64,000 nucleotides of DNA from Bryobacterales bacterium (GTDB taxonomy: Bacteria; Acidobacteriota; Terriglobia; Bryobacterales; UBA6623). The DNA lies in contig OZ252030.1 in the NCBI GenBank assembly GCA_965247305.1, positions 189,262 through 253,261 on the forward strand, in the 5' to 3' direction. How positions within the stretch are numbered: position 1 is the stretch's first letter; each line of letters opens with the position of its first letter. Both the position numbers and the translations under genes were made by a program. The notes beneath the pieces are model-generated. The model worked only from the letters and a program-made list of their open reading frames with translations. It made no database searches and was not told where the DNA came from. Positions 1-9,339 of this stretch are shown piece by piece.

Positions 1-1211
1 CCGCCTGCAAAGGCCTTTGCCGTCGCCTCGGGGTCGCTATAGTAGCCGGTCATCACATTGTTGCCGCGCATCAAAACTTCGCCAAGAGTCTCGCCGTCCC
101 AGGGCACTTCCACTAAGTCGCTATCGACCACGCCCAATCCGGTGTGGGCTATTGCGTATGGGACACCCTGGCGCGCCTTAACGCGACCCCGTTCAGCGGG
201 ATCGAGCAAGTCCCAGCCGGGCTGCTCGGCACAAATCGTATGGGGACCGTAGCACTCGGTCAGCCCATACACGTGGTGCACCGTCGCGCCCATGCCCTCC
301 ATCGTGCGAATGACATGTGGCGCCGGTGGGGCGCCGGCCGTTGTGATCGTAAGTCCGTCGAGTCGCCGGCCTTTGGCAGCCGGCGATGAGTAGAGCGCCG
401 TGAGCACCGTCGGGGCACAGCACAGGTGAGAGACCTTGTGCGTCGCGATTAGCCGATAGACCTCGGCGGGGTCAATTTTTCGCAGGCAAACGTGGGTTCC
501 CCCGACGGCCGTCACGCCCCATGGAAAGCACCAGCCATTGCAGTGAAATAGCGGAAGTGTCCAAAGGTAAACGGAGGCCGCCGTCAAGCCGGTCTCAAGA
601 GCTTCGCCGAGCGCATTGAGATAGGCACCCCTGGCATGAAACACCACTCCCTTGGGAAAGCCGGTCGTCCCGGAGGTGTAGTTGATTGCAATTGTTTCAA
701 GCTCGTCGATCTCGACAATTTCTTTGACGGGCGTTGTGTCGGCCAACATTGCTTCGTATTCGCTTGCCGCAATGTCGTCAACCACGGGCGCGACGTCAGC
801 TACTTGGATGTAGGCCTCGACGTTTGGACAATCCCCGACCAAACCTCTAACGGTGTCGGCCAATTCCGTATCGAAGATCAGCGCCTTAGCTCCCGAGTGA
901 TTGAGAATGTAGGCGGTTTCCCGCGAACTCAGCCGCGTATTCAGTGCGACTAGAACAGCGCCGATACGCATCGGACCGAACTTCGCCTCAAGCATCGCCG
1001 GCGTGTTCGGCGACAAGATCGCTACGCGGTCGCCCCGATCGATTCCAAGCCCACGCAGTGCGCCGGCCAGGCGACAGGTCCTCTCGTGGAATTCCGCGTA
1101 GCTGTAGGTTCGATCGCCGTGAATGACAGCGGGCTTGCCGGGATACACCAGCGCGCTGCGCTCAAGGAATGCCAACGGGCTCAAGTTTTCGAAAGAAACC
1201 GAATTGTTCAT
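1..1211 (-). CDS. AMP-dependent acyl-CoA synthetase/ligase (N-terminal ~403 codons; 3' end lies beyond the window start)
   Basis: Absent from the ORF track because it runs off the edge. My reverse-strand translation from the ATG (complement of 1209-1211) gives MNNSVSFENLSPLAFLERSALVYPGKPAVIHGDRTYSYAEF... It carries the AMP-binding signature YTSGTTGFPKGV and LPLFHCNGW. GGAG lies 5 nt upstream of the ATG. Confidence 0.85.
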   Translation of the reverse strand, partial: MNNSVSFENLSPLAFLERSALVYPGKPAVIHGDRTYSYAEFHERTCRLAGALRGLGIDRGDRVAILSPNTPAMLEAKFGPMRIGAVLVALNTRLSSRETAYILNHSGAKALIFDTELADTVRGLVGDCPNVEAYIQVADVAPVVDDIAASEYEAMLADTTPVKEIVEIDELETIAINYTSGTTGFPKGVVFHARGAYLNALGEALETGLTAASVYLWTLPLFHCNGWCFPWGVTAVGGTHVCLRKIDPAEVYRLIATHKVSHLCCAPTVLTALYSSPAAKGRRLDGLTITTAGAPPAPHVIRTMEGMGATVHHVYGLTECYGPHTICAEQPGWDLLDPAERGRVKARQGVPYAIAHTGLGVVDSDLVEVPWDGETLGEVLMRGNNVMTGYYSDPEATAKAFAG

Positions 1212-1408
1212 AACAACTCCGAGCTGAAAGTATATCCGGTAGACACTAGCTCCCAAGAGTACTAAAGCAAAGCACTTAGGAGTGCGGACATTCGCCAAAC
1301 AGCTATTACCGAACTATTACATTGATGCCGCACGATGGCCTCGGGTCGGTTGTTACCGTAAGTGCGGCGGGAGGTTTTTTTGCCCGCACCTCAACAAGAA
1401 TTACCGGT

Positions 1409-2287
1409 ATGAACGAACCTCTTCAAGGTGTGAAATTTGGCGATAAGACGAGAATAAATTGGGGCACATCCATTGCCATGGGTCTGTTCCACGTCGGGGC
1501 GGTCGCCGCTTTATTCTTTTTCAGCTGGACAAACTTGATCGTGGCCGCCGCGATTTACTGGATCGCGATTAGCTGGGGCATTGGTATGGGCTATCACCGG
1601 CTTCATACACATCGTGGTTACAAACTCCCAAGGTTCATTGAGTATTTCTTGGCGGTCTGCGGAACCCTCACGCTCGAGGGTGGGCCAATTTTTTGGGTCG
1701 CGACGCACCGCTGTCATCACCAGTTTTCCGACGCCGACGGCGATCCTCACACCCCGCGACATGGCGGATTCTGGGCTCACATGGGTTGGATCATGTTCGG
1801 CGATGCGATGCACGACAACACTGAGCTGGCGGGTAGGTATGCCCCAGACCTTCAAAAGGATAAGTTTTATCGCCTGCTGAGTGAATGGCACTGGGTGCCT
1901 TTGACTTTATTGGGTATTGCAATTTTGGCAGTCGGCGGCTTGGGTATGATGCTCTGGGTCGTCCCCCTACGAGTCGTGCTCGGCCTGCACTCGACCTGGC
2001 TAGTCAACTCGGCCACGCACATGTGGGGCGGTCGGCGGTTTGAGACTACAGACGATTCGCGCAACCTTTGGTGGGTCGCTCTGCTGACTTTCGGCGAAGG
2101 TTGGCATAACAATCACCACGCGAACCCGGTATCGGCACGGCACGGAGTGGCCTGGTACGAATTGGACATGAGCTACTTGCAGATTCGCTTGCTCGAACTT
2201 CTCGGAATCGCTCGCGATGTGTACGCGCCGGGGCTCACGGCGCTGGAAAGCGCAGCCGCCGTTGATGAGCTCGAACCGGCTGCGTAG
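1409..2287 (+). CDS. membrane acyl-CoA/acyl-lipid (delta-9 type) fatty acid desaturase
   Basis: ORF 1322..2287 has the three histidine boxes HRLHTH, HRCHHQFSD and HNNHH plus hydrophobic spans. The ATG at 1409 (MNEPLQGVKF) is preferred over the TTG at 1322, but the start is uncertain. Confidence 0.85.
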   Translation: MNEPLQGVKFGDKTRINWGTSIAMGLFHVGAVAALFFFSWTNLIVAAAIYWIAISWGIGMGYHRLHTHRGYKLPRFIEYFLAVCGTLTLEGGPIFWVATHRCHHQFSDADGDPHTPRHGGFWAHMGWIMFGDAMHDNTELAGRYAPDLQKDKFYRLLSEWHWVPLTLLGIAILAVGGLGMMLWVVPLRVVLGLHSTWLVNSATHMWGGRRFETTDDSRNLWWVALLTFGEGWHNNHHANPVSARHGVAWYELDMSYLQIRLLELLGIARDVYAPGLTALESAAAVDELEPAA

Positions 2288-2713
2288 CAGCCCCAACGCC
2301 GGCCGAGCGAACGTCTTATTACGGACTGCCGGGATCGCTTAACACGCGCAGTTTAGCAGCCCGTGGTAAAAGCCACGCAGGCCGCGTTACGCGCCGATGG
2401 GGCGGATTGAGTATTAGACGAGTGCCTCAACGAATCAGCAGCCAGAGCGCACCAGGAATCTTTGAATGGCGCGTAACCCGTTGGGCGGCGGGCACTTGCG
2501 GCCGTCGGCTTTGTCATTCGTCGGAGACGATCGCCCGGATCGCCGTCCTCCTCACTCCGCGCCGATCAGCCACAATTGCCCGCCGCGCGACCTACGGGAC
2601 TTTTACCACGGACTGCTAGGCGGGACTCTGCGTCAATCTGTCACAATAGACAATTGACCTCGCATCCGCCCTTGGCTTTGCCGCGGGCGATTCGCAGGAC
2701 GAGGGGGTAGCCA

Positions 2714-2944
2714 TTGGCAAGTCGATCAAATACAAAGTTCCAAAAGCGCCAGAAGGAATTGGCTCGGGCCAATAAGCGTCGCGATAAGGACGAAAAAAAG
2801 CAACAGCGTCGTTCTGAAAAGGTGAGCGATGGGGGCGGCCCCCCGATCGAAGCTATGGATCCGACAGACTTAGGTCTGCCCGCACTTGAAGAAGAAGTGG
2901 CCGCAACGGAATCAGAGGAAACCAAAGAACCAACGCCGGTTTAG
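2714..2944 (+). CDS. small charged hypothetical protein (basic N-half, acidic C-half)
   Basis: 76-aa ORF with a TTG start. It contains KFQKRQKELARANKRRDKDEKKQQRR followed by an acidic tail. No domain was recognised, and coding status is uncertain. Confidence 0.3.
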   Translation: MASRSNTKFQKRQKELARANKRRDKDEKKQQRRSEKVSDGGGPPIEAMDPTDLGLPALEEEVAATESEETKEPTPV

Positions 2945-2961
2945 CGCCCAAAGACGCTTCG

Positions 2962-4047
2962 CTATTTCTTGAGACAGAACACCTGCCCGCTGCGGGAACC
3001 GATTACCAGCCGGTCGCCTGAGATAGCTGGCGAGGCAACCACGCGGCCGCCGATGGCGAACTTCCAAAGCAGTTTTCCGTCAGAGTGGTTTAGCGCATAG
3101 AGATTGCCGTCCATCGATCCTACCCAGACGACATTTCCGGCTAATACCGGTGACGAATCGACGCGAGATCGAGTCGTAAACTCCCACACCAGCTCGCCTG
3201 TTTCTTGGTTGATTGCGTGGACTTTTTTGTCGCGGCCCCCGATGACGACCAGGCCATCTCTGACGACGGGCGAGGCAAAGAACTCAAACTGCGTTATCGG
3301 ATGGTGATAGCGCCACAGGACCTCGCCCTTTTTCCAATCCATCGCGAGCACTTCGTTGCCGAAGGTGCCTACATAGGCGAGGTCGCCGACGACTGACGGC
3401 GAAGCGGCCACGTAGTCCTTCATGTCGACAAACGAGTCTTCTTGGCCCGTGGCAACGTCGATCACTCGGAATTTTCCATCGCAGCCCGTGATGAAGGTTT
3501 TGCCGGCGACAATGGCAGGACTAGAGTTGACGCGGTCGTCCGTCTCGTATTTCCAGTTCACTTTGCCCGTTGCCGGCTCGAACGAGTAGAGATTGGCGTC
3601 GTAAGAGCCGACGAGTACGGCGCCGGCAATACAATTGGGAGAAGAGAGGAATTCCGCAAACCCCTCATAAACCCAGCGCTTCTTTCCCGTTTCGATATCA
3701 ACCGCGTGGAAGTAGCCATCCTCGTCGCCGAAGAAGACTGCTCCGTCAGTGACACAGCCCGACGACGGTACTCCCAAGGTCGCCTGGTAAACCCACTTGG
3801 CTTCGCCAGTTTCGAGGTCGACTGCGTGAAAACGGCCGTCCATCTCGCCAAAGTAGACCGTGCCGTCGACGATGATCGCGGTTGAGTCGACGCCGCCAGG
3901 CGCTTCGTATGTCCAAGCAACCTCGAGCGGTGGGTCGAGGGCTGTGGGGGAAATGGCGTTGCGATTGGGGTTTCCAAGAAACAGTGGCCAGTCAGCGGCC
4001 ACTAGCGAGGTCGAGAGTAGCGTGGCGATGATTGCTAAACGAGGCAT
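2962..4047 (-). CDS. secreted PQQ-like (BamB-type) beta-propeller repeat protein
   Basis: ORF 2962..4188. Moving the start to the ATG at 4047 gives the signal peptide MPRLAIIATLLSTSLVAADWP. Repeated G.V..G..DG.l.A.d..tG...W blades follow. Confidence 0.75.
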   Translation of the reverse strand: MPRLAIIATLLSTSLVAADWPLFLGNPNRNAISPTALDPPLEVAWTYEAPGGVDSTAIIVDGTVYFGEMDGRFHAVDLETGEAKWVYQATLGVPSSGCVTDGAVFFGDEDGYFHAVDIETGKKRWVYEGFAEFLSSPNCIAGAVLVGSYDANLYSFEPATGKVNWKYETDDRVNSSPAIVAGKTFITGCDGKFRVIDVATGQEDSFVDMKDYVAASPSVVGDLAYVGTFGNEVLAMDWKKGEVLWRYHHPITQFEFFASPVVRDGLVVIGGRDKKVHAINQETGELVWEFTTRSRVDSSPVLAGNVVWVGSMDGNLYALNHSDGKLLWKFAIGGRVVASPAISGDRLVIGSRSGQVFCLKK

Positions 4048-4261
4048 CTTTACTATTAGATCGCGTAGCGCGCTGAAGCGGTTACTGACGCACACTTCGG
4101 AGCCGCCCGTTTCCTGGATTATGAGGACGCTGTTATCGGTGTTTTTACCTGTAGCTTGTCCGACGCGGATTCCTCGTATGTGGATCAATTTCTTCGCGGA
4201 AATCGGTTACTGACGAGTATTCGTGGAAACCTGGTGATGCGCTACTTTCAGCCCGAAAAAT

Positions 4262-7033
4262 CTACTCCACCCAAATCGGAGAACTCCACGCTACCTGCCC
4301 GTCATTCTGGACGACTCGGATGTAGTAGTAGTTCGAGCCGGGCTCAAAATCCTTATCAGTAAATTGCAAGCTGTACTCGTCAGCGTTCGGGTGACGCGTG
4401 TAGAGGATGCCTTCGTTTTTCACAATCACGAACTGCTTGATCTTGTCGGTGCCGATCGCTTTGATTTTGAGCCTGGGGGCCTCGCGTGAGTTGATGATGT
4501 CGCCCATAATGTAGCTGTTGCCGTTTTCGTCGGTGGCTTGGAAGTCGAGCACAATGTTGTCGGTCGCGCCGTAGGCGTGGCGGGCTTTTAGCGCGGCGAA
4601 CATCGACTCGCGCGTAAAATCCTCGGCCAAGATCATGGCGTAGGAAATATGCGTAGACCAGTGATCGGATGATGCTTGCACGCCGATCTTGTAGCCCTTG
4701 CGCAGGGCGTCCCACCAGTAGCCGATGGAGTTGAAGCCGGAGCGCTGCTCCCGCAGTCTTTGCGGCGAGGCGGCTAGCGGGGCTCCCATGTATTCGTAGC
4801 TGGCGCGGTAGCCCTGGAAAATTTCCATTAGCGGCTCGACCTCGGGGTCGTTGTTGAACCAGTCGGTTCCCTGCGCGGTGCCGGAACTGTGAGGCATCGA
4901 GATGCCGTCGTTCTCGTGCAGGTAGGCGTAGAGCTTTTCGGCGCGAGCTTCGCCGCGGGCCTCATCTCGCGGAATCGGCAACGGGCGTGTGCCGCGCTTG
5001 GCAAAAATCACGTTGCGATGGCCGTTGGGAAAAGTCAACGAGCGTTCGTAGCCGAACATCGGCGTGAACGTACCCGCCGCGTGGAAAAGATCGGTCAGCT
5101 TTTCGTCCTGCCACCAAGTGAACTCTTGATCAAAGCCCAACTGGTGGTCGGTCGGAACGATGTAGTCGAATCCCGCGACATCGATAGCGTAGCGGTAGAC
5201 CTCGATCAATGATCCGTCGTACTTGAAGTCGGTCGAGACATCGGTGTGCCGGTGCATGTCGCCGCGATAGATTTTGAACTTCTTTGAGCCGGCGTCGATG
5301 GTGTGGGCGCGGATCGTTTTGAGATTCTCAACCTCATACGGGTGGATCGGAACGGCCTCGGCGAAGGGGTCGACGTAGGGCTGGAAGTTGCCCGCGGAGT
5401 AATCGGGCGCGCCCGTTGCTTTGCCGAGATCGGCCGAGTAGATTTCAGCGTTCTTCGGAATCATCTCGTTGTAGTCGCGGTTGTCCGTCATCCAGGCGGC
5501 GTGGAGATTGCCGTCGGCTGCGCGCGCCATCGCCGGGCGTTTTTCAATCGAGCCTTCGCTGTGGTTGATCGGGACAGGAGTCGACCAAGCTTTGCCATCG
5601 AAACGCGTAAGAAATGTCTCCCACATCAAGCGGGAACCAATGTTGTGGGTGCGCTGGCGAGTCCAATGGCGGAACAGCATCGTGAGAGTTCCGGTGGAGT
5701 CGAAAGCGAGCTGCGGGTTCTCGAAGTTGGGGTAGAGGCGATAGGTGTAGAAGGGATCGAGCGCGGTCTTCGGTTCGACCCACGACGCGCCGTCACGCTT
5801 GACGATCTTGATCGAGCGCTCTTGGTGCAGCGGCACCGAGAGTGGCGGCGTGATGAGATAGCCCTGGTCCTTGCCCCAGTTGACGCCGGATTCGTCCCAG
5901 GCGAGCCATGCTGTACCGTCGTTGTCGACTGCCACGTTGGCGTGGGCTTGGAAGCGTTCGCTGCTCGTGACTTGCTCGATCTCGCCGAGTTTGCTGTTCG
6001 TGTAGACACGGTAAAAAACGTCGTAGTTGCCGGCGTCGTAGCTATCCCAAACGACGTGGGCTTGGCCGTTGGGACCGCTTGCGATTTGGGGTTCCCAGTC
6101 GTTAGCTTCGGACTCGCTCACCTGCAATGGATCGCCCCAGGCTTGGCCGTCGTGCACTCGCAGATAAATGTCGCTCTGGGCTTTCCCGGCGGCGCCTTGG
6201 GTGCTTTGCCAGGTGACGAAAACTTTGCCGTCGACTCCGCTGGCGCGATGGAACGTGTTCGAGCCGTCAGCGCTGATTTTCTCTGGCGTGCGCCAGGCAT
6301 CGCCGTCCCAGAAACGTCCCCATAGATCCCAGCTCGAGCCGTCGCGTTGGCTCCAGAAAACCCAAACTTTGTCAGCCTCGGGGGAAGCTAGCGAGACGCG
6401 CCAGATGTCGCCGGGTTTGGTAGTGACTTCTTGCGTATCGCGCCAGACGCCGCTCTCGCGGACGCGGCCGAGAATACGGTCGCCTCGATCTTTGTAGGCA
6501 ACCCAGGCGGTGCCGACCGATGTGTCTGATGTTCGGATGATTGCGGCTTCGTCATCTTCATATTCTTCGCTCGAAAGTTTTTCGACCGATGGTGTAGCGG
6601 CGGCACTCGCACGACCTTCGAGGAACTCAGTTGCGTCATAGGAGAGGTCGCCGACACGAAATTGGAAATTACCCTGCTTGGTCTTGACCGAGACGCGGGC
6701 AGAGCCGCCGTCGCGGATCGTGGCGAAGAGTCCGAACGGCGAGTACTGCGTGGGAGGCAATTCCGCCGGGCTCATCTCGTTGTAGTTCATGCGGGCGAAT
6801 CCCTTGATCTGCTCCTCCCGTGTGGAGGCCGACCATTGATTCGTTCCGGTCATCTTGTCGTTGTCAAGGAAATGGCGGTCTTCGAGCGAGACTAGCTCGC
6901 CGCCGGAGACGCTGATTGAGCCGTCCCAAGCCTCCACAGCTTTGGCGTTTTCGCCTAGGCCGATGTAGACCGTGGTGTTCTGTGCAAGCAGCAGCGCGGG
7001 GAAAAAAATGAGCAGCAGGCTTAGCGGTTTCAT
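4262..7033 (-). CDS. large secreted protein: propeller-like N-terminal region + PHP/CehA-McbA-like metallohydrolase region
   Basis: 923-aa ORF with signal peptide MKPLSLLLIFFPALLLAQN. It has W/D-rich repeats (VWVFWSQRDGSSWDLWGRFWDG, VTWQS, VVWDSYDAGNYDVFYRVY). The C-terminal half carries the metal motif GDMHRHTDVSTD ... PTDH ... HSSGT. The function is only a fold-level guess. Confidence 0.6.
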   Translation of the reverse strand: MKPLSLLLIFFPALLLAQNTTVYIGLGENAKAVEAWDGSISVSGGELVSLEDRHFLDNDKMTGTNQWSASTREEQIKGFARMNYNEMSPAELPPTQYSPFGLFATIRDGGSARVSVKTKQGNFQFRVGDLSYDATEFLEGRASAAATPSVEKLSSEEYEDDEAAIIRTSDTSVGTAWVAYKDRGDRILGRVRESGVWRDTQEVTTKPGDIWRVSLASPEADKVWVFWSQRDGSSWDLWGRFWDGDAWRTPEKISADGSNTFHRASGVDGKVFVTWQSTQGAAGKAQSDIYLRVHDGQAWGDPLQVSESEANDWEPQIASGPNGQAHVVWDSYDAGNYDVFYRVYTNSKLGEIEQVTSSERFQAHANVAVDNDGTAWLAWDESGVNWGKDQGYLITPPLSVPLHQERSIKIVKRDGASWVEPKTALDPFYTYRLYPNFENPQLAFDSTGTLTMLFRHWTRQRTHNIGSRLMWETFLTRFDGKAWSTPVPINHSEGSIEKRPAMARAADGNLHAAWMTDNRDYNEMIPKNAEIYSADLGKATGAPDYSAGNFQPYVDPFAEAVPIHPYEVENLKTIRAHTIDAGSKKFKIYRGDMHRHTDVSTDFKYDGSLIEVYRYAIDVAGFDYIVPTDHQLGFDQEFTWWQDEKLTDLFHAAGTFTPMFGYERSLTFPNGHRNVIFAKRGTRPLPIPRDEARGEARAEKLYAYLHENDGISMPHSSGTAQGTDWFNNDPEVEPLMEIFQGYRASYEYMGAPLAASPQRLREQRSGFNSIGYWWDALRKGYKIGVQASSDHWSTHISYAMILAEDFTRESMFAALKARHAYGATDNIVLDFQATDENGNSYIMGDIINSREAPRLKIKAIGTDKIKQFVIVKNEGILYTRHPNADEYSLQFTDKDFEPGSNYYYIRVVQNDGQVAWSSPIWVE

Positions 7034-7267
7034 CCTGCGGCGATTATAGGCTAGTTGCCGTGGCGCACGATAGCGTCCACCATCTATCTGCTAGCAATCG
7101 TTCCGACTACCAGCGAAGTTAAGGTACTTAACCAGTGGGCTGTTTGCCGTTTCGTAGCGGGGGTGGCGGGCTAGCCTACAGGTATACAAATGTGAAGAAA
7201 CTGACTATGCTTGTGACTCAGTGGTTGGGTCAAAGCCGAAGCGCCACGTTCTCGTCTGAATGAACCC

Positions 7268-8299
7268 GTGGCTCGAAAAACGCAAGCTCCTTCAACGTTG
7301 CAAGACATCGCTGACCGACTAGGAGTGTCGGTGATGACGGTATCGCGTGCCATGCGCGATCAGCCGGACGTTAGCAGCGCGACGCGCGCCTTGGTGTTGG
7401 AGTGCGCCGAGGAATTGGATTACCGGCCCAACCGCTGGGCTCGGAGTCTCGTCAGCAATGAAACGCTTGTCGTGGGGATCATCCTCCCTGACATCGCGCA
7501 TAGCTATTTCAGCCAGATTACCCTGGGCGTAGAGGAGATCCTGGACAAGGCCGGTTACGATCTTTTCCTTTGCCATTCCCGAGGCGAGCCTGCGCGAGAA
7601 CAGCGCGAGATTGACACCTTGCTGGGCTGCCGCGTGGACGGGTTGATCGTCGCCTCGGCCGAAGGTTTTCCGTCAGCCGAGCCGTTCGAAAAGTTGACGC
7701 GCGAAGGTGTACCCTTCGTGTTAGTCGACCGCTATTTCGAGAATTTAGACGCACCGTCGGTTCGCGTGGACGACTATGAAGTTGGGCGTCTCGCGGCAAC
7801 TCATTTGCTGGACCTTGGCCACCGCAAGTTGGCGTATATCGCGGAAACGCGGATCAGTCCCGGCATCATCCGGACACGCGGATTCTTCGACACGCTTCGA
7901 GCAGCAAATGTTGACGCGCAGTCTGAAGAGATCCCGGTTGGCGGTGAATCGACGGTCAAGGGCCGCGAGGCTATGCTTCGGCTTTGTTCTAGCGGCATTA
8001 ACTTTACCGGGGTCGCGGCTTTCAATGATCGGACGGCGCTAGGGGCTGTAACGGCTTGCAAGGAAATGGGCTTGGCTGTGCCGGAGCAAGTTTCGGTCGT
8101 CGGGGCTGGGGCAATCGAGGGTGAAGATCACCCTGACCCGTACCTGACTACGATCAGTTGGCCGCGAGTTGAATTGGGGCGTCAGGCGGCGCGGGCGTTG
8201 CTTTCGGTAATGGATTCCGAGTCGGAGAACGTGGATATAACTAAATTGCTGAGGCCCGAGCTACTTGTTCGACGCTCGACTGCGGCGCCGGCGGTGTAA
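7268..8299 (+). CDS. LacI family transcriptional regulator
   Basis: N-terminal HTH STLQDIADRLGVSVMTVSRAMRD, YRPNRWARSL, and a sugar-binding-fold C-terminal domain. GTG start. Divergent from the 923-aa gene. Confidence 0.9.
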   Translation: MARKTQAPSTLQDIADRLGVSVMTVSRAMRDQPDVSSATRALVLECAEELDYRPNRWARSLVSNETLVVGIILPDIAHSYFSQITLGVEEILDKAGYDLFLCHSRGEPAREQREIDTLLGCRVDGLIVASAEGFPSAEPFEKLTREGVPFVLVDRYFENLDAPSVRVDDYEVGRLAATHLLDLGHRKLAYIAETRISPGIIRTRGFFDTLRAANVDAQSEEIPVGGESTVKGREAMLRLCSSGINFTGVAAFNDRTALGAVTACKEMGLAVPEQVSVVGAGAIEGEDHPDPYLTTISWPRVELGRQAARALLSVMDSESENVDITKLLRPELLVRRSTAAPAV

Positions 8300-8366
8300 G
8301 GCATACCTGGCCTGCTAGCCCCCTTTCCGAACGCTCATTTGGACACACCTGCAGCTTGGCACGCCC

Positions 8367-9128
8367 CTATAGCGCGGTCCAACCGCCGTCGATCGTCTGC
8401 ACCGAGCCGTGCACGAATTCCGCTTCGTCCGAGCAGAGATAAAGCGCCATATGAGCAATCTCTTCAGGCTTGCCTAGCCGACCTACTGGCTGCCGCGCGT
8501 TCAACTGCTCGCGCATCTCGGCCTTCTCGTGCTTGTGATACTTCTCCAAATACCCCTCGACGAAAGGCGTGTCGACAGTGCCGGGACAAATGCAGTTCAC
8601 GCGGATCTGCCCGGCATAGTCGGCCGCCAAGGCTCGCGTCATCATCACAACGGCGCCTTTAGAAGCGCAATACGCGAATCGTCGTTTGATTCCTACCAGA
8701 CCCGCCACCGAGCCGATATTGACGATCGAGCCGTGATCGGACTTCAACAACAAAGGTAGCGCCGCCTGGGTGACAAAGAAAACGCCGTCCACGTTGACGC
8801 GCATCAGTTTCCGCCACTCGCCGAACTCGCATTCCTCGATCGAGCCGACATGCCCGACCCCTGCGTTGTTGACTAGGATGTCGAGGTCCTCAAGCTGGTC
8901 GAATGCCGCCCAGACGGAATCCGGATCGGTAACGTCGATGTTTAGCGCAAGCGCCCCGCCCCCGACTTCTTCGCAAAGCTTTTGGGCCGCCTCTTCATTC
9001 ACATCAGCGACGAGGACGTGAGCCCCCGCCGCCGCGAAAACGCGAACGGTCTGCTCGCCGATTCCGCTGGCGCCGCCTGTTACTAGCGCCGTTCGGCGGT
9101 CTAATCGAAAAGGTGCTTTTGTCGCCAT
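8367..9128 (-). CDS. SDR family oxidoreductase (FabG-like)
   Basis: TGGASGIG Rossmann motif, NNAG, and catalytic YCASKGAV. Confidence 0.9.
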   Translation of the reverse strand: MATKAPFRLDRRTALVTGGASGIGEQTVRVFAAAGAHVLVADVNEEAAQKLCEEVGGGALALNIDVTDPDSVWAAFDQLEDLDILVNNAGVGHVGSIEECEFGEWRKLMRVNVDGVFFVTQAALPLLLKSDHGSIVNIGSVAGLVGIKRRFAYCASKGAVVMMTRALAADYAGQIRVNCICPGTVDTPFVEGYLEKYHKHEKAEMREQLNARQPVGRLGKPEEIAHMALYLCSDEAEFVHGSVQTIDGGWTAL

Positions 9129-9339
9129 GCGAATTGACGATTATATCCCGCTGCCACCGTCCTCAATACCTAGAACGGCTGCCGAAAGCCGGCAAGAGCT
9201 GAGCGGCATTTGGATTGATCGCATTCCGAAGCCTGGGGTATCATCGGCGCAGGGATCTGCTTGAGTTGTCGGGGGAGAAATCACTGCTCGCAACCCGGCG
9301 CGGGCGAGCAAAGACGATCCTTATTTCGGGATCGACTGC

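Noticed and set aside
2288-2713. An unusually long (~425 bp) non-coding gap after the desaturase gene, with weak repeats (ACGGACTGC twice, and a 10-bp inverted repeat GTTACGCGCC/GGCGCGTAAC).
   Set aside because: I looked for tRNA, riboswitch, RNase P, SRP and tmRNA signatures and recognised none. The repeats are too short to distinguish from chance by eye.
5303-6325. 340-aa plus-strand ORF, with other long ORFs, antisense to the 923-aa gene.
   Set aside because: It is a shadow ORF typical of high-GC DNA, with Arg/Ala/Gly/Val-rich low-information sequence, no signal or domain pattern and no SD. The opposite strand has a coherent domain-bearing protein. The same reasoning applies to 11440..12270 (-), 26641..27504 (-), 30357..31004 (+) and 59906..60523 (+).
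7118-7132. GTTAAG-GTA-CTTAAC palindrome in the LacI / 923-aa gene divergent region, considered as a LacI operator.
   Set aside because: It has an odd-length centre and no central CG, unlike typical LacI-family operators. With a single occurrence, it cannot be supported without comparative data.
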